Source: Escherichia coli (GTDB lineage Bacteria; Pseudomonadota; Gammaproteobacteria; Enterobacterales; Enterobacteriaceae). From it: a stretch of 64,000 bases of DNA. The stretch is from the NCBI RefSeq assembly GCF_024502345.1, contig NZ_JALDNN010000001.1, one strand, 5' to 3'. Below are positions 1 to 19,092 of the stretch, one piece after another (position 1 is the first letter of the stretch; each line of letters opens with the position of its first letter). A program made the position numbers and the translations under genes. Under the pieces are notes generated by a model, which was not told the DNA's origin, searched no databases, and saw only the letters and a program-made list of their open reading frames with translations.

Positions 1-1595
<1,595 letters not shown>

Positions 1596-2462
1596 TTAAG
1601 GGCGTGCGAGGAAATTCAGCACCAATTGATTGAAAGCGTCGGCATGTTCCCACTGCGCCCAGTGACCACAGTCGCGGAAGATATGCAGTTCAGAACCGGC
1701 AATGCCGGACAGCAGACGCAGCCCCGCATCCATCGGCACAAAGCGGTCGTTGCGCCCCCAGACAATCAGGGTTTGCGCTTTGATTTCCGCCAGACGTGGG
1801 CCAAAATCCGGGAACTGTTTCGGATTGGCTTCCAGGCTTTTAACAAAGTTTTCCAGGTGATCGCGGCGCGACAGCATATTATTCAGGCGCGCTTCAAACA
1901 GGGCGTCGGTCAAATCGCTGGTATCAAAAACGAAGATATCCATCATCAGCTTCAGGTTTTCGATAGTCGGCTGACGATAAAGCTGATTCAGTCGCTTAAT
2001 ACCTTCGGTTGGCATCGGCGTAAACAAACTCATGCCGCCCGTACCGCCGCCCATCAGCACCAGTTTGCCGACGCGCTCCGGCCAGTTAAGGGTGAACGCC
2101 ACAGAACTATGGCCCCCCATCGAGTTACCCAGCAGGTGGATTTTGGCGATATCCAGTTGATCCACCACGCTTTTCAGGATTCGTGCATTAAGATCCGATC
2201 GCGAACCACTATTAACGATCGAATCGCTCTTGCCCCAACCCGGACAATCCAGCAGGATCACCCGATAGCCCGCCTCTACCAGCGGATCGATATTGCGGCT
2301 GAAGTTCGCCCAGCCAGTAGCACCCGGGCCGGAACCATGCAGCAGGACAACGGTTTCGTCGCCTTGTCCGCAGTCATTAAAATGGATGCGCAGCGTTTTA
2401 CCCGCTTCTTCTACATTCAGAAAACGGCTGGTGGCGGCTTCGGTTTGTGGCTGATAACTCAT
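1596..2462 (-). CDS. mhpC: 2-hydroxy-6-ketonona-2,4-dienedioate hydrolase MhpC (alpha/beta hydrolase)
   Basis: ORF 1596..2525. It contains the GNSMGG nucleophile elbow. The start was chosen at [14 protein letters not shown] (288 aa), preceded by AGGAG. Confidence 0.93.
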
Positions 2463-2479
2463 CATCTTCTCCTGCATAT

Positions 2480-3424
2480 TCAGTTCTCTGTTCTGGCGCT
2501 TAACGAGCCAAATCCGGCAATCCACTCCGGGATTGGGCGGTAATAACGCCCTTCGCTACGCCAGTTGCCAAATGCAGAAATAGCGGCAAAAGCGGCGACC
2601 CAGGTTTTGATTTCATGTGTCGACTTTCCGGCAATGGCGGAAAGCTCTTCGTTACTGACGGCATCCAGTTCCTGTATGCGTCCCTGCTCCAGCAAAGTCA
2701 TGAACTGGTTATCCCAAATCGGGTTGAGCGGATGCAGAGTTCTCTGATCCTCAACAAACTTCTCAGCGGCGCTAATCACCCGTTGCTGACGCAATTCGCG
2801 CTCACTGGCGGGTAAATCTTTCCCGCTCCCCAACAGGCGGTCGCGCATATGGGCATCGGCTTTCGCCAGTTCGGGCACCGGCGGCTGATGGGAAAGCCCA
2901 CCGGAACCCAGGAACAGCACGCGTTTATTGAGAGTGCTGGTGAAACGTCCAATGGCTTCACCCAACATGCGGGTACGCTGGAAACCGGGCAGCGGCGTGG
3001 CGACACCGTTGATGAACACAGGCAGAACTGGCACCTTATCCAGCCCACCGAGCAGGAACTCCAGCGGCTGGGCGAACCCGTGGTCCACCTGCATACAGTA
3101 AGAAACGGCAAGATCGATCCCGCTCTTCATGACGGCATGCGCACAGGCCTCCGCCAGCTCCACAGGCACTGGCAGCTCTCCTGCCGCACTGCCGAAATCA
3201 CCAATTGCCGTCGCTCCAACGCCTAAACAGAACGGTGGCATCACGTCATAGAAAAAGCCGTTGTAGTGATCTGGCGCAAACAGCACCACCAGTTCAGGGG
3301 AGAAAGCCGCAATACGCTCGCGGGCGCTGGCAATCACGCCATTGACCTCATCGAGTACCTCTTGTGCTGGGTCGACATACCCCACCAGCGGCGAGTGGGA
3401 AAGACAATGAAGATAAGCGTGCAT
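2480..3424 (-). CDS. mhpB: 2,3-dihydroxyphenylpropionate 1,2-dioxygenase MhpB
   Basis: 314-aa ORF beginning [19 protein letters not shown]. It sits at the expected position in the operon. Confidence 0.95.
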
Positions 3425-3425
3425 A

Positions 3426-5090
3426 TCAGGCTACCTTTTCGACAGAAACGTCGGCATCAGGGCGGGTCAGCGTCATCACCGACGCCAGTTTATTCAGGGT
3501 CTTGCCCAGGGTTTGCGGAATGGCGGTGGCGGCAACAAAGCGATCCGGGCGCATCACCACCAGCGAAGCATTGTGTTGCGCGAACCAGCTACGCAGACGA
3601 CATTGCGTATCCCCCACGCGTAGTACGCCGTCGTGGTTATCCTGTGCGGTATGAATTTGCACTTCCGGCACCACCTGAATGAAGCGTGTGCCCAACGCGC
3701 GCCACTGCTGGATTTGCTCGTCGCTCATCCCCCATAGTGGATTGCATCCCCAGCCAATTACTGCGAAGTTCGCGCCAATCGCGTTATCGAGCAGCGTCAC
3801 GTCGCCGTTTTCCAGCGTGACTTTCGGCTGAATAAACATCTTGCCGACCGGAGAGTGCTTCGCTTCGCCCTCTCGCACCAGCGCACCGCCGTAATATTGC
3901 GGCATCGGCTTGAAGCGCATTTCGAGGAAGTAGCGTTTTACTGGCGGCAGATAATTCAGCAGCCAGGAAACGCCGTCACGTAACGTACCCTGCCAGCGTT
4001 TCGGCGGAGCCAGCACGTTGCCCGCCGTCACGGACAGGTCAATCATCGCTTTGGCGTGATCGCGACGTTCTTGTTGATAGGTATCGAGCAGCGCATCGCG
4101 GGCTTTCCCCTGGATAACCAACGCCAGTTTCCATGCGAGGTTAAAGGCGTCGCGCATGCCACTGTTATAGCCCTGCCCCTGCCATACCGGCATGATGTGT
4201 GCGGCATCGCCCGCCAGCAGTACGCGATCAATACGGAAACGTTGCGCCAGTCGCGCGTTGTGGGTGTAGACACGCTGGCGAATCAATTCAACATTGTCCG
4301 GATTAGGCAGCACTTTGCTTAACAGCTTGCGCATATTTTGCGGCTCACGCAGCTGTTCTTCGGTTTCTCCTGGCATCACCATAAATTCAAAGCGACGTAC
4401 CGCATGAGGTAGCGCGGCAGAAACATACGGGCGCACCGGATCGCAACACAAATAGATATGCGGCGTACTTAACGGATCGTTGGCGATATCTACCACAATC
4501 CACTGATTTGGCGCAGTTTTACCTTCAAACGGCACATTCAGAGTGCGACGGACAAAACTTGCTCCACCGTCACAGGCTACCAGCCACTGGGCTTTGACCG
4601 TTTCCCGCTGCCCTTCTGCCGTTTTCAGGTGCAAGGTCACTTCGTCATTTTGCTGGCTGAAGGCCTCCAGCTCGCGGGCAAACAAGCAGCGCACATTCGG
4701 AAAACGCGACAACCCTTCCAGCATCACCGCATCGACCTGAGGCTGAATAAAGGCGTTACGGCGCGGCCAGCCAAATTCATCGGTCATTGGCTGAATATCA
4801 GCAAAACAGCGGCCTTTCGGGGTGAGAAAACGCATCGCGTGCCACGGTGTAGTGTGCGGCAGAACATTATCGACCAGGCCAACCGACTGCATGGTGCGCA
4901 GCGCCTCGTCATCAATACCTATCGCACGCGGGTAGTCGATCAACTTATCGAGTTTCTCCACCACCAGCACGTCAATGCCCATCTGACCGAGATAGTTCGC
5001 CATCATCAGCCCGACCGGACCGGCACCAGCGATCGCCACCTGAACGCTATGGTTAACAGCAGGCTGGATGTCAGGGTGTTGTATTGCCAT
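3426..5090 (-). CDS. mhpA: 3-(3-hydroxyphenyl)propionate hydroxylase MhpA (FAD monooxygenase)
   Basis: 554-aa ORF with an N-terminal GAGPVG FAD-binding fingerprint. It is divergent from mhpR. Confidence 0.95.
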   Translation of the reverse strand: MAIQHPDIQPAVNHSVQVAIAGAGPVGLMMANYLGQMGIDVLVVEKLDKLIDYPRAIGIDDEALRTMQSVGLVDNVLPHTTPWHAMRFLTPKGRCFADIQPMTDEFGWPRRNAFIQPQVDAVMLEGLSRFPNVRCLFARELEAFSQQNDEVTLHLKTAEGQRETVKAQWLVACDGGASFVRRTLNVPFEGKTAPNQWIVVDIANDPLSTPHIYLCCDPVRPYVSAALPHAVRRFEFMVMPGETEEQLREPQNMRKLLSKVLPNPDNVELIRQRVYTHNARLAQRFRIDRVLLAGDAAHIMPVWQGQGYNSGMRDAFNLAWKLALVIQGKARDALLDTYQQERRDHAKAMIDLSVTAGNVLAPPKRWQGTLRDGVSWLLNYLPPVKRYFLEMRFKPMPQYYGGALVREGEAKHSPVGKMFIQPKVTLENGDVTLLDNAIGANFAVIGWGCNPLWGMSDEQIQQWRALGTRFIQVVPEVQIHTAQDNHDGVLRVGDTQCRLRSWFAQHNASLVVMRPDRFVAATAIPQTLGKTLNKLASVMTLTRPDADVSVEKVA

Positions 5091-5280
5091 TTCAGTACCT
5101 CACGACTCGGACAAAATGCCGTTGCGCGCACAGTACAGCGCAACTTATTTTGTTAAAAACATGTAAATGATTTTTTATTGTGCGCTCAGTATAAGAAGGG
5201 TGTTTTCGGCTACAATCAAAACATGCCCGAATGTGCACCAGGCGCACAACGTTGTTTTAACTATAGAAATGTCAATTAAT

Positions 5281-6114
5281 ATGCAGAACAATGAGCAGAC
5301 GGAATACAAAACCGTGCGCGGCTTAACCCGCGGTCTAATGTTATTAAATATGTTAAATAAACTTGATGGCGGTGCCAGCGTCGGGCTGCTGGCGGAACTC
5401 AGCGGCCTGCATCGCACCACTGTGCGGCGACTGCTGGAGACGCTGCAGGAAGAGGGATATGTCCGCCGTAGCCCCTCCGATGACAGTTTTCGTCTGACCA
5501 TCAAAGTGCGGCAATTAAGCGAAGGATTTCGTGACGAACAGTGGATTTCTGCACTGGCGGCTCCACTGCTGGGCGATCTGTTACGCGAAGTGGTATGGCC
5601 GACAGATGTGTCCACGCTGGATGTTGATGCAATGGTGGTACGCGAAACCACTCACCGTTTCAGCCGCTTATCCTTTCACCGGGCAATGGTTGGGCGGCGT
5701 TTACCGCTTCTGAAAACCGCCTCGGGCCTGACCTGGCTGGCCTTTTGCCCGGAACAAGAACGCGAGGAATTAATCGAGATGTTAGCCTCCCGCCCCGGTG
5801 ATGACTATCAACTGGCACGAGAACCGTTAAAGCTGCAAGCCATTCTGGCGCGCGCGCGCAAAGAGGGTTACGGACAGAACTACCGCGGCTGGGATCAGGA
5901 GGAGAAGATCGCCTCTATCGCCGTACCGCTGCGCAGTGAACAACGGGTGATTGGCTGTCTGAATCTGGTGTATATGGCGAGCGCAATGACCATCGAACAG
6001 GCAGCGGAAAAGCATCTTCCGGCACTACAACGGGTAGCAAAACAGATCGAAGAAGGGGTTGAATCGCAGGCTATTCTGGTGGCCGGACGGCGAAGCGGCG
6101 TGCATTTACGTTGA
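5281..6114 (+). CDS. mhpR: IclR-family activator of the mhp operon, MhpR
   Basis: ORF 5167..6114. The start was taken at MQNNEQTEYKTVRGLTRGL (277 aa). It is divergent from mhpA and upstream of lacI, as in K-12. Confidence 0.92.
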   Translation: MQNNEQTEYKTVRGLTRGLMLLNMLNKLDGGASVGLLAELSGLHRTTVRRLLETLQEEGYVRRSPSDDSFRLTIKVRQLSEGFRDEQWISALAAPLLGDLLREVVWPTDVSTLDVDAMVVRETTHRFSRLSFHRAMVGRRLPLLKTASGLTWLAFCPEQEREELIEMLASRPGDDYQLAREPLKLQAILARARKEGYGQNYRGWDQEEKIASIAVPLRSEQRVIGCLNLVYMASAMTIEQAAEKHLPALQRVAKQIEEGVESQAILVAGRRSGVHLR

Positions 6115-6190
6115 CACCATCGAATGGCGCAAAACCTTTCGCGGTATGGCATGATAGCGCCCGGAAGAGAGTCAATTCAGGGTGGTGAAT

Positions 6191-7265
6191 GTGAAACCAG
6201 TAACGCTATACGATGTCGCAGAGTATGCCGGTGTCTCTTATCAGACCGTTTCCCGCGTGGTGAATCAGGCCAGCCACGTTTCTGCGAAAACGCGGGAAAA
6301 AGTGGAAGCGGCGATGGCGGAGCTGAATTACATTCCCAACCGCGTGGCACAACAACTGGCAGGGAAACAGTCGTTGCTGATTGGCGTTGCCACCTCCAGT
6401 CTGGCCCTGCACGCGCCGTCGCAAATTGTCGCGGCGATTAAATCTCGCGCCGATCAACTGGGTGCCAGCGTGGTGGTGTCGATGGTAGAACGAAGCGGCG
6501 TCGAAGCCTGTAAAGCGGCGGTGCACAATCTTCTCGCGCAACGCGTCAGTGGGCTGATCATTAACTATCCGCTGGATGACCAGGATGCCATTGCTGTGGA
6601 AGCTGCCTGCGCTAATGTTCCGGCGTTATTTCTTGATGTCTCTGACCAGACTCCCATCAACAGTATTATTTTCTCCCATGAAGACGGTACGCGACTGGGC
6701 GTGGAGCATCTGGTCGCATTGGGTCACCAGCAAATCGCGCTGTTAGCGGGCCCATTAAGTTCTGTCTCGGCGCGTCTGCGTCTGGCGGGCTGGCATAAAT
6801 ATCTCACTCGCAATCAAATTCAGCCGATAGCGGAACGGGAGGGCGACTGGAGTGCCATGTCCGGTTTTCAACAAACCATGCAAATGCTAAATGAGGGCAT
6901 CGTTCCCACTGCGATGCTGGTTGCCAACGATCAGATGGCGCTGGGCGCAATGCGCGCCATTACCGAGTCCGGGTTGCGCGTTGGTGCGGATATCTCGGTA
7001 GTGGGATACGACGATACCGAAGACAGCTCGTGTTATATCCCTCCGTTAACCACCATCAAACAGGATTTTCGCCTGCTGGGGCAAACCAGCGTGGACCGCT
7101 TGCTGCAACTCTCTCAGGGCCAGGCGGTGAAGGGCAATCAGCTGTTGCCCGTCTCACTGGTGAAAAGAAAAACCACCCTGGCGCCCAAGACGCAAACCGC
7201 TTCTCCCCGCGCGTTGGCCGATTCATTAATGCAGCTGGCACGACAAGTTTCCCGACTGGAAAGCG

Positions 7266-7273
<8 letters not shown>
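6191..7273 (+). CDS. lacI: lactose operon repressor LacI
   Basis: GTG start, then KPVTLYDVAEYAGVSYQTVSRVVNQ (360 aa). The ORF-track start at 6182 lies 3 codons upstream of the known GTG. Confidence 0.97.
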
Positions 7274-10470
<3,197 letters not shown>

Positions 10471-10476
10471 TAATAA

Positions 10477-11775
<1,299 letters not shown>

Positions 11776-11784
11776 GCAATCAAT

Positions 11785-11814
11785 GTCGGATGCGGCGCGA
11801 GCGCCTTATCCGAC
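11785..11814. repeat. REP element between lacY and lacA
   Basis: gtcggatgcggcgcgagcgccttatccgac is a typical imperfect REP palindrome. Confidence 0.8.
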
Positions 11815-11840
11815 CAACATATCAGGACGGAATGATCGCA

Positions 11841-12452
11841 ATGAACATGTCGATGACAGAAAGAATAAAAGCAGGCAAGCTATTTACCGATATGTGCGAA
11901 GGCTTACCTGAAAAAAGACTTCGTGGGAAAACGTTAATGTATGAGTTTAATCACTCGCATCCATCAGAAGTTGAAAAAAGAGAAAGCCTGATTAAAGAAA
12001 TGTTTGCCACGGTAGGGGAAAACGCCTGGATAGAACCACCTGTCTATTTCTCTTACGGTTCCAACATCCATATAGGCCGCAATTTTTATGCAAATTTCAA
12101 TTTAACCATTGTCGACGACTACACGGTAACAATCGGTGATAACGTACTGATTGCACCCAACGTTACTCTTTCCGTTACGGGACACCCTGTACACCATGAA
12201 TTGAGAAAAAACGGTGAGATGTACTCTTTTCCGATAACGATTGGCAATAACGTCTGGATCGGAAGTCATGTGGTTATTAATCCAGGCGTCACCATCGGGG
12301 ATAATTCTGTTATTGGCGCGGGTAGTATCGTCACAAAAGACATTCCACCAAACGTCGTGGCGGCTGGCGTTCCTTGTCGGGTTATTCGCGAAATAAACGA
12401 CCGGGATAAGCAATATTATTTCAGAGATTACAAAGTTGAATCGTCAGTTTAA
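11841..12452 (+). CDS. lacA: galactoside O-acetyltransferase LacA
   Basis: ORF 11790..12452. The start was taken at MNMSMTERIKAGKLFTDMCEGLPEKRL (203 aa). The upstream part of the ORF reads through the REP element. Confidence 0.93.
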   Translation: MNMSMTERIKAGKLFTDMCEGLPEKRLRGKTLMYEFNHSHPSEVEKRESLIKEMFATVGENAWIEPPVYFSYGSNIHIGRNFYANFNLTIVDDYTVTIGDNVLIAPNVTLSVTGHPVHHELRKNGEMYSFPITIGNNVWIGSHVVINPGVTIGDNSVIGAGSIVTKDIPPNVVAAGVPCRVIREINDRDKQYYFRDYKVESSV

Positions 12453-12464
12453 ATTATAAAAATT

Positions 12465-12530
12465 GCCTGATACGCTTCGCTTATCAGGCCTACAAATTCA
12501 GTGATCTACGTAGGCCGCATCCGGCGTGAA
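12465..12530. repeat. BIME/REP pair downstream of lacA and cynX
   Basis: gcctgatacgcttcgcttatcaggcctac is followed by gtaggccgcatccggc. Confidence 0.75.
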
Positions 12531-12554
12531 CAAAGCGCAGAAACAAGCGTCGCA

Positions 12555-13736
12555 TCATGCCTCTTTGACCCACAGCTGCGGAAAACGTGCTGGTGCAAAA
12601 CGCAGGGTTATAATCATCAGCCCAACGACGCACAGCGCATGAAACGCCCAGTCCATCAGGTAATTGCCGCTGATACTACGCAGCACGCCAGAAAACCACG
12701 GGGCAAGCCCGGCGATGATAAAACCGATCCCCTGCATAAACGCCACCAGCTTGCCAGCAATAGTCGGTTGCACAGAGTGATCGAGCGCCAGCAGCAAACA
12801 GAGCGGAAATGCGCCGCCCAGACCTAAACCACACACCATCGCCCACAATACCGGCAATTGCAGCGGCAGCCAGATAAAGCCGCAGAAACCCACCAGTTGT
12901 AACGCCAGTGCCAACAGCAAAAGTTTGCGCCGATCCTGATGGCGAGCCATAGCAGGCATCAGCAAAGCTCCTGCGGCTTGCCCAAGCGTCATCAATGCCA
13001 GCAAGGAACCGCTGTACTGCGCGCTGGCACCAATCTCAATATAGAAGGCGGGTAACCAGGCAATCAGGCTGGCGTAACCACCGTTAATCAGACCGAAGTA
13101 AACACCCAGCGTCCACGCGCGAGGAGTGAAAACCACGCGAACCGGAGTGGTTGTTGTCTTGTGGGAAGTGGCGACCTCGCGGGTGCTTTGCCACCACCAG
13201 GCAAAGAGCGCAACAACGGCAGGCAGCGCCCACCAGGCGAGTGTTTGATACCAGGTTTCGCTATGTTGAACTAACCAGGGTGTCAGGGCGGCACCAAGTC
13301 CACCGCCGCCCATCAGAGCCGCGGACCACAGCCCCATCACCAGTGGCGTGCGCTGCTGAAACCGCCGTTTAATCACCGAAGGCATCACCGCCTGAATGAT
13401 GCCGATCCCCACCCCACCGAGCAGTGCGCTGCTAAGCAGCAGCTCACTTTGGGGGTAAAGCTCACGCATCAATGCACCGACGGCAATCAGTAACAAACTG
13501 ATGGCGACGCTGCGACGTTCGCTGACATGCTGATGAAGCCAGCTTCCGGCCAGCGCCAGCCCGCCCATGGTAACCACCGGCAGAGCGGTCAACAGGGCAG
13601 CCACGCTAAAGCTCATTCCGCTTGCCTGGCGCAATTGCGGTAGCAGTGGCCCGACGGAGGTGAGCAGTGGTCGCATATTAAGACCAATCAGCACCAGAAC
13701 CAGCAGTATCGTGAACGTCTTTTGATGGTTGCGCAT
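12555..13736 (-). CDS. cynX: cyanate MFS transporter CynX
   Basis: 393-aa polytopic membrane ORF downstream of cynS. The exact start is uncertain; I recall the K-12 annotation as slightly shorter. Confidence 0.9.
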   Translation of the reverse strand: MRNHQKTFTILLVLVLIGLNMRPLLTSVGPLLPQLRQASGMSFSVAALLTALPVVTMGGLALAGSWLHQHVSERRSVAISLLLIAVGALMRELYPQSELLLSSALLGGVGIGIIQAVMPSVIKRRFQQRTPLVMGLWSAALMGGGGLGAALTPWLVQHSETWYQTLAWWALPAVVALFAWWWQSTREVATSHKTTTTPVRVVFTPRAWTLGVYFGLINGGYASLIAWLPAFYIEIGASAQYSGSLLALMTLGQAAGALLMPAMARHQDRRKLLLLALALQLVGFCGFIWLPLQLPVLWAMVCGLGLGGAFPLCLLLALDHSVQPTIAGKLVAFMQGIGFIIAGLAPWFSGVLRSISGNYLMDWAFHALCVVGLMIITLRFAPARFPQLWVKEA

Positions 13737-13741
13737 GGCTG

Positions 13742-14230
<489 letters not shown>

Positions 14231-14242
14231 TTAAAAATAAGG

Positions 14243-14902
14243 TTACGCTGCGGTCGGTTGGCGTAGCGGTATGGCACAAACGCGAGGATTAGCGGCCAGT
14301 GGCACAAACTGGCGGGTTGCGCCGTCAAACGCTGCGATGCTGCCGCTTTCAATGTCGTAGACCCAGCCGTGCAGGGCGATCCGCCCCTCTTCGAGCGCCA
14401 GGCGCACCGATGGATGAGTTTGCAAATTAGCCAACTGAGCAATGACGTTTTCACGTACCATCGCCGCAGCTTTTGACGGTAAATCGGGATGCGGGCGCGC
14501 CTCATTAACGACGCGGGCTGAATCGGCATAACGCAGCCAGTGGGAGACGGCAGGCATATGGTCCATGCACTGACAGCTGGCAATGGCGGTCATCGCGCCA
14601 CAGTTGGAATGACCGCAAATCACAATGTCAGATACCCGAAGCGCAGCGACGGCATACTCCACCGAAGCAGAAACGCCACCGGGTTCCGGCCCGTAGGAAG
14701 GGACGATATTGCCCGCGTTGCGAATAACGAACAGATCGCCAGGCTCACGTTGCGTCACCAGCTCAGGGACCAGACGGCTGTCGGAGCAGGAGATAAAAAG
14801 TGTGCGCGGGCTTTGCTGTGTCGCCAACTGTTTAAATAAGGCTTCCCGCTTCGGAAATGCCTCGCGCTGGAATTTAAGGAATCCATCAATAATCTCTTTC
14901 AC
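14243..14902 (-). CDS. cynT: carbonic anhydrase CynT
   Basis: 219-aa ORF beginning [43 protein letters not shown], a beta-carbonic-anhydrase motif. Confidence 0.96.
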   Translation of the reverse strand: MKEIIDGFLKFQREAFPKREALFKQLATQQSPRTLFISCSDSRLVPELVTQREPGDLFVIRNAGNIVPSYGPEPGGVSASVEYAVAALRVSDIVICGHSNCGAMTAIASCQCMDHMPAVSHWLRYADSARVVNEARPHPDLPSKAAAMVRENVIAQLANLQTHPSVRLALEEGRIALHGWVYDIESGSIAAFDGATRQFVPLAANPRVCAIPLRQPTAA

Positions 14903-15011
14903 CGTTAACCTCTGTCTGTCTCTGGAATGAGAGGCAGACTACTCGCCGATTGTCATAAGGTAAAAGTCTCATTTATGATGAGTTCTATTGGATTTACTTA
15001 TAGGTTGGCGA

Positions 15012-15911
15012 ATGCTCTCTCGACATATCAATTATTTTCTTGCCGTGGCTGAACATGGCAGCTTCACCCGTGCCGCCAGTGCGTTGCACGTCTCTCAGCC
15101 TGCGCTTTCCCAGCAGATTCGCCAGTTAGAGGAGAGTTTAGGCGTGCCGCTGTTTGACCGTAGCGGGCGAACGATTCGTCTCACTGATGCAGGAGAAGTC
15201 TGGCGACAGTACGCCAGCCGGGCGTTACAGGAACTGGGGGCGGGTAAACGGGCGATTCATGATGTTGCCGATTTGACGAGAGGATCGCTGCGTATCGCCG
15301 TCACCCCCACCTTTACGAGCTACTTTATCGGCCCTTTAATGGCAGATTTCTATGCGCGCTACCCCGGCATCACGCTCCAGTTACAGGAAATGTCGCAGGA
15401 GAAAATCGAAGATCTGCTTTGCCGCGACGAGCTGGACGTTGGGATTGCCTTCGCGCCTGTGCATTCGCCGGAGCTGGAGGCAATTCCTTTACTGACAGAA
15501 AGTTTAGCGTTAGTCGTGGCGCAACATCATCCGCTGGCTGCCTGTGAACAGGTGGCGTTGAGTCGCTTGCATGATGAAAAACTGGTCCTGCTCAGCGCGG
15601 AATTTGCCACCAGAGAGCAAATTGACCACTACTGCGAGAAAGCGGGGCTGCATCCACAGGTGGTCATTGAGGCGAACTCAATTAGCGCGGTTCTGGAGCT
15701 GATTCGCCGCACTTCCCTTTCCACATTGTTACCAGCAGCGATTGCCACACAACATGACGGGCTTAAAGCTATTTCTCTTGCCCCGCCACTACTGGAGAGA
15801 ACGGCGGTTTTGTTGCGGGGGAAAAATAGCTGGCAGACAGCCGCCGCGAAGGCATTTTTGCACATGGCGTTGGAGGAATGTGCGGATGTTGGCGAGAATG
15901 AATCACGGTAG
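15012..15911 (+). CDS. cynR: LysR-family regulator CynR
   Basis: ORF 14988..15911. The ATG at 15012 gives [40 protein letters not shown] (299 aa). It is divergent from cynT. Confidence 0.94.
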   Translation: MLSRHINYFLAVAEHGSFTRAASALHVSQPALSQQIRQLEESLGVPLFDRSGRTIRLTDAGEVWRQYASRALQELGAGKRAIHDVADLTRGSLRIAVTPTFTSYFIGPLMADFYARYPGITLQLQEMSQEKIEDLLCRDELDVGIAFAPVHSPELEAIPLLTESLALVVAQHHPLAACEQVALSRLHDEKLVLLSAEFATREQIDHYCEKAGLHPQVVIEANSISAVLELIRRTSLSTLLPAAIATQHDGLKAISLAPPLLERTAVLLRGKNSWQTAAAKAFLHMALEECADVGENESR

Positions 15912-15924
15912 CCACTGACACAAT

Positions 15925-16008
15925 TGCCTGATGCGCTACGCTTATCAGGCCTACGAGTTCGGTGCTCTACGTAGGCCGGATAAGGCGTTCACGCCGCATC
16001 CGGCATAA
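15925..16008. repeat. BIME/REP pair between cynR and codA
   Basis: gcctgatgcgctacgcttatcaggcctac is followed by gtaggccggataaggcgttcacgccgcatccggc. Confidence 0.8.
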
Positions 16009-16043
16009 ACTACGCTCGCTTTGTCAACACACAGCCCAGCCGA

Positions 16044-17327
16044 TCACCGTTTGTAATCGATGGCTTCCGGCTGCTCCAGATATACGGTGGTTTGTGCCGG
16101 TTGTGTGCTGGCAATCACCTTGCCGCCACGTACCGAATAACGTACCGGAACCTGACGGCGCAGCGCATCAAATCCATTTTCAGCCGGCAGGATAATCAGG
16201 TTGGCGCTGTTTCCGGCGGCAATGCCGTAATCCTGCAAATTCAACGTCCTGGCGCTGTGGTGGGTGATTAAATTCAGGCCATCGTTAATTTGCCCGTAGC
16301 CCATCAACTGACAAACATGCAGCCCCATATGCAGCACTTGCAGCATATTCGCCGTTCCCAGCGGATACCACGGATCGAAGACATCATCGTGACCAAAACA
16401 GACGTTAATGCCGGACTCCAGCATCTCTTTAACGCGCGTGATGCCGCGACGTTTTGGATACGTATCGAAACGCCCTTGCAGATGAATATTGACCAACGGG
16501 TTGGCGACAAAGTTAATACCGGACATTTTCAGCAAGCGGAACAGGCGTGAGGTATACGCCCCGTTATAGGAGTGCATTGCCGTAGTGTGGCTGGCGGTGA
16601 CTCGCGCGCCCATGCCTTCACGGTGCGCCAGGGCAGCAACGGTTTCGACAAAGCGCGACTGCTCGTCATCGATCTCATCACAGTGAACGTCGATGAGACG
16701 GTCGTATTTTTGCGCCAGGGCGAAGGTTTTATGCAGCGACTCCACGCCGTATTCACGGGTAAATTCAAAATGCGGAATCGCCCCCACTACATCTGCCCCT
16801 AAGCGTAACGCCTCTTCCAGCAACGCTTCACCGTTGGGATACGACAAAATCCCTTCCTGAGGGAAGGCGACGATTTGCAGATCAATCCACGGCGCGACTT
16901 CCTGCTTCACTTCCAGCATTGCTTTCAGCGCAGTTAGCGTTGCATCCGAAACATCGACATGGGTACGCACATGCTGAATGCCGTTGGCAATCTGCCATTT
17001 CAGCGTTTGCCAGGCGCGTTGTTTCACATCGTTATGGGTTAATAACGCTTTGCGCTCGGCCCAGCGTTCAATGCCTTCAAACAGCGTGCCGGACTGATTC
17101 CAGTTCGGTTGTCCGGCGGTTTGCGTGGTGTCCAGGTGAATATGTGGCTCCACAAACGGCGGTATAACTAAACCTTGTTCGGCATCCAGGCTGTTTTCAG
17201 TTATGGGCATCACGCCGGATTGCGCATCAATGGCGCTGATTTTTCCGTCCTGCAGATGAATCTGCCACAGCCCCTCTTTGCCTGGTAACCGGGCGTTAAT
17301 AATTGTTTGTAAAGCGTTATTCGACAC
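16044..17327 (-). CDS. codA: cytosine deaminase CodA
   Basis: ORF 16044..17342. The known GTG start gives [15 protein letters not shown] (427 aa). It has the HxH metal-binding motif [10 protein letters not shown]. Confidence 0.95.
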   Translation of the reverse strand: MSNNALQTIINARLPGKEGLWQIHLQDGKISAIDAQSGVMPITENSLDAEQGLVIPPFVEPHIHLDTTQTAGQPNWNQSGTLFEGIERWAERKALLTHNDVKQRAWQTLKWQIANGIQHVRTHVDVSDATLTALKAMLEVKQEVAPWIDLQIVAFPQEGILSYPNGEALLEEALRLGADVVGAIPHFEFTREYGVESLHKTFALAQKYDRLIDVHCDEIDDEQSRFVETVAALAHREGMGARVTASHTTAMHSYNGAYTSRLFRLLKMSGINFVANPLVNIHLQGRFDTYPKRRGITRVKEMLESGINVCFGHDDVFDPWYPLGTANMLQVLHMGLHVCQLMGYGQINDGLNLITHHSARTLNLQDYGIAAGNSANLIILPAENGFDALRRQVPVRYSVRGGKVIASTQPAQTTVYLEQPEAIDYKR

Positions 17328-18576
17328 TGTTAGCCTCCACATGCGTCATTGTTGCTGTCGTTTTACGATTCAAAATCGGGTTAAGGATCAGATAGCTCAG
17401 CGCGCCACCTAATACCGCGTTGACCGGAACAATTCCCGGTAACCAGTGGCCTGCAGCAATCCCCAAGGCGACCGCCAGAATCGCCACCCAATTGACACTC
17501 ATCATACGCGTGGTCGCAAAGTGCTCATAGCGGCGACGGTTCATCAGATAGTCGGCGATGATCACGCCCCCTACCGGAGGAATAGCTGCCGAAAGGAAGG
17601 TCAGCCAGCCGACAAAATTGTTATACAGCCATAAGGCGCAGACCGTACCGATAATACCGTTAATCACCGAAAGGGTTTTGCTCGACATCCCGGTGATGTT
17701 GGCGAAACCTAAACCCGACGCATAGAGTGCGTTATCGTTGGTGGTCCAGATATTCAGCCCGAGCACCACAATCGCAGGCAACAGCAGGCCCTGAGCAATC
17801 ATCACATCAGAGATATCCGCCATCCCCAGTGCCGCCGCTCCCGCTGCACCGAAAATAAACATCAACGAGTTGCCGAGGAAAAAGGCCACCATCGCCACCA
17901 GCACCGCCAGTTTGGCATTGCGACCAAAGCGGACAAAGTCAGCGGTAAGCGTACCCGCGCTGATAAATGACCCCACAACCAGCGCCAGCGCGACATTGAA
18001 ATCTAATGGTTGTGTGGGAACGACCGCTTTTAAGGCGTCCAGGCCGCCCATGCCGTTAACGGCCAGCCACACGGAATAACCGCCAAGACAGGCGATCGCC
18101 GGAACCGCAATCACCGAAAGAACTGTCAGCGCCGAAATGCCAAAGAAGACGGTGACGGTCATCAGTAAACCGGAAACGGCAATCAGCAAATTAATATCCA
18201 GCCCGGTTGCCTTACCCACCGGAATGGCAAACATCGCCACGCCAACGCCAAACCAGCCAACCTGGGTGCCGCCCAGCAGCAGTGAAGGCAGCCATGAGCC
18301 TTTAACACCAAACGAGAAGCGAGCAAGAAGATGGGTGGTCAGGCCGGTTTTTGCGCCAATGTAACCGAGAAATGAAGTGTAAATACCGAGGAGAAGATTG
18401 CCGATGAGAACTGCGAGGAAGAAATCATGATAGCTAAGACCGGTTCCGAGAGTGCCGCCGGTCCACATACTGGCGGAAAAGAAGGTTAATCCCAGCATGA
18501 CGAACGTCAATGCCAATACCCCTTTCCGCGCCGACTGCGGGACTGGCCCCTGGCTAAAGTTGTTATCTTGCGACAC
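17317..18576 (-). CDS. codB: cytosine permease CodB
   Basis: 419-aa membrane ORF beginning [19 protein letters not shown]. Its stop overlaps the codA start. Confidence 0.96.
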   Translation of the reverse strand: MSQDNNFSQGPVPQSARKGVLALTFVMLGLTFFSASMWTGGTLGTGLSYHDFFLAVLIGNLLLGIYTSFLGYIGAKTGLTTHLLARFSFGVKGSWLPSLLLGGTQVGWFGVGVAMFAIPVGKATGLDINLLIAVSGLLMTVTVFFGISALTVLSVIAVPAIACLGGYSVWLAVNGMGGLDALKAVVPTQPLDFNVALALVVGSFISAGTLTADFVRFGRNAKLAVLVAMVAFFLGNSLMFIFGAAGAAALGMADISDVMIAQGLLLPAIVVLGLNIWTTNDNALYASGLGFANITGMSSKTLSVINGIIGTVCALWLYNNFVGWLTFLSAAIPPVGGVIIADYLMNRRRYEHFATTRMMSVNWVAILAVALGIAAGHWLPGIVPVNAVLGGALSYLILNPILNRKTTATMTHVEANSVE

Positions 18577-18724
18577 GAAATTCCCCCTTTTTGCTGTTTG
18601 AAACCCAAAAAATCCGCCGCATTCTATTCATCTGAAGATAAAAAGCAATCGTTTTCGTAGGGGAATATATTTTTTATATGAATGAGTGCGAAAAGGTGGG
18701 GGAAAATTATCGGTGTAAAAACAG

Positions 18725-19085
18725 TGGGCAGGCATGATAAGACGCGCCTGCGTCGCATCAGGCATCTGAGCATGGTGTCGGATGCGGCGCGAGCGCCTTA
18801 TCCGACCTACGGTTCAGGCCTGTAGGCATGATAAGACGCGCCTGCGTCGCATCAGGCATCGGCGCATGGTGTCGAATGCGGCGCGAGCGCCTTATCCGAC
18901 CTACGGTTCAGGCCTGTAGGCATGATAAGACGCATCAGCGTCGCATCAGGCATCGGCACACGGTGTCGGATGCGGCGCGAGCGCCTTATCCGACCTACGG
19001 TTCAGGCCTGTAGGCATGATAAGACGCGTCAGCGTCGCATCAGGCATCGGCGCATGGTGTCGGATGCGCCACGCGACGCATCCGA
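18725..19085. repeat. tandem BIME array, about 3.7 units of roughly 94-95 bp
   Basis: The unit ggcatgataagacgcgcctgcgtcgcatcaggcatc...gtcggatgcggcgcgagcgccttatccgacctacggttcaggcctgta restarts near 18731, 18826, 18920 and 19014. Confidence 0.9.
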
Positions 19086-19092
19086 CAATACC

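Noticed and set aside
18725-19085. Regularly spaced ~94-bp repeats that could at first glance suggest a CRISPR array
   Set aside because: The repeated unit is the whole 94-95 bp, with no unique spacers. It is built from the REP palindromes gcctgatgcgacgc... and gtcggatgcggcg..., so this is a BIME cluster. No cas genes are nearby.
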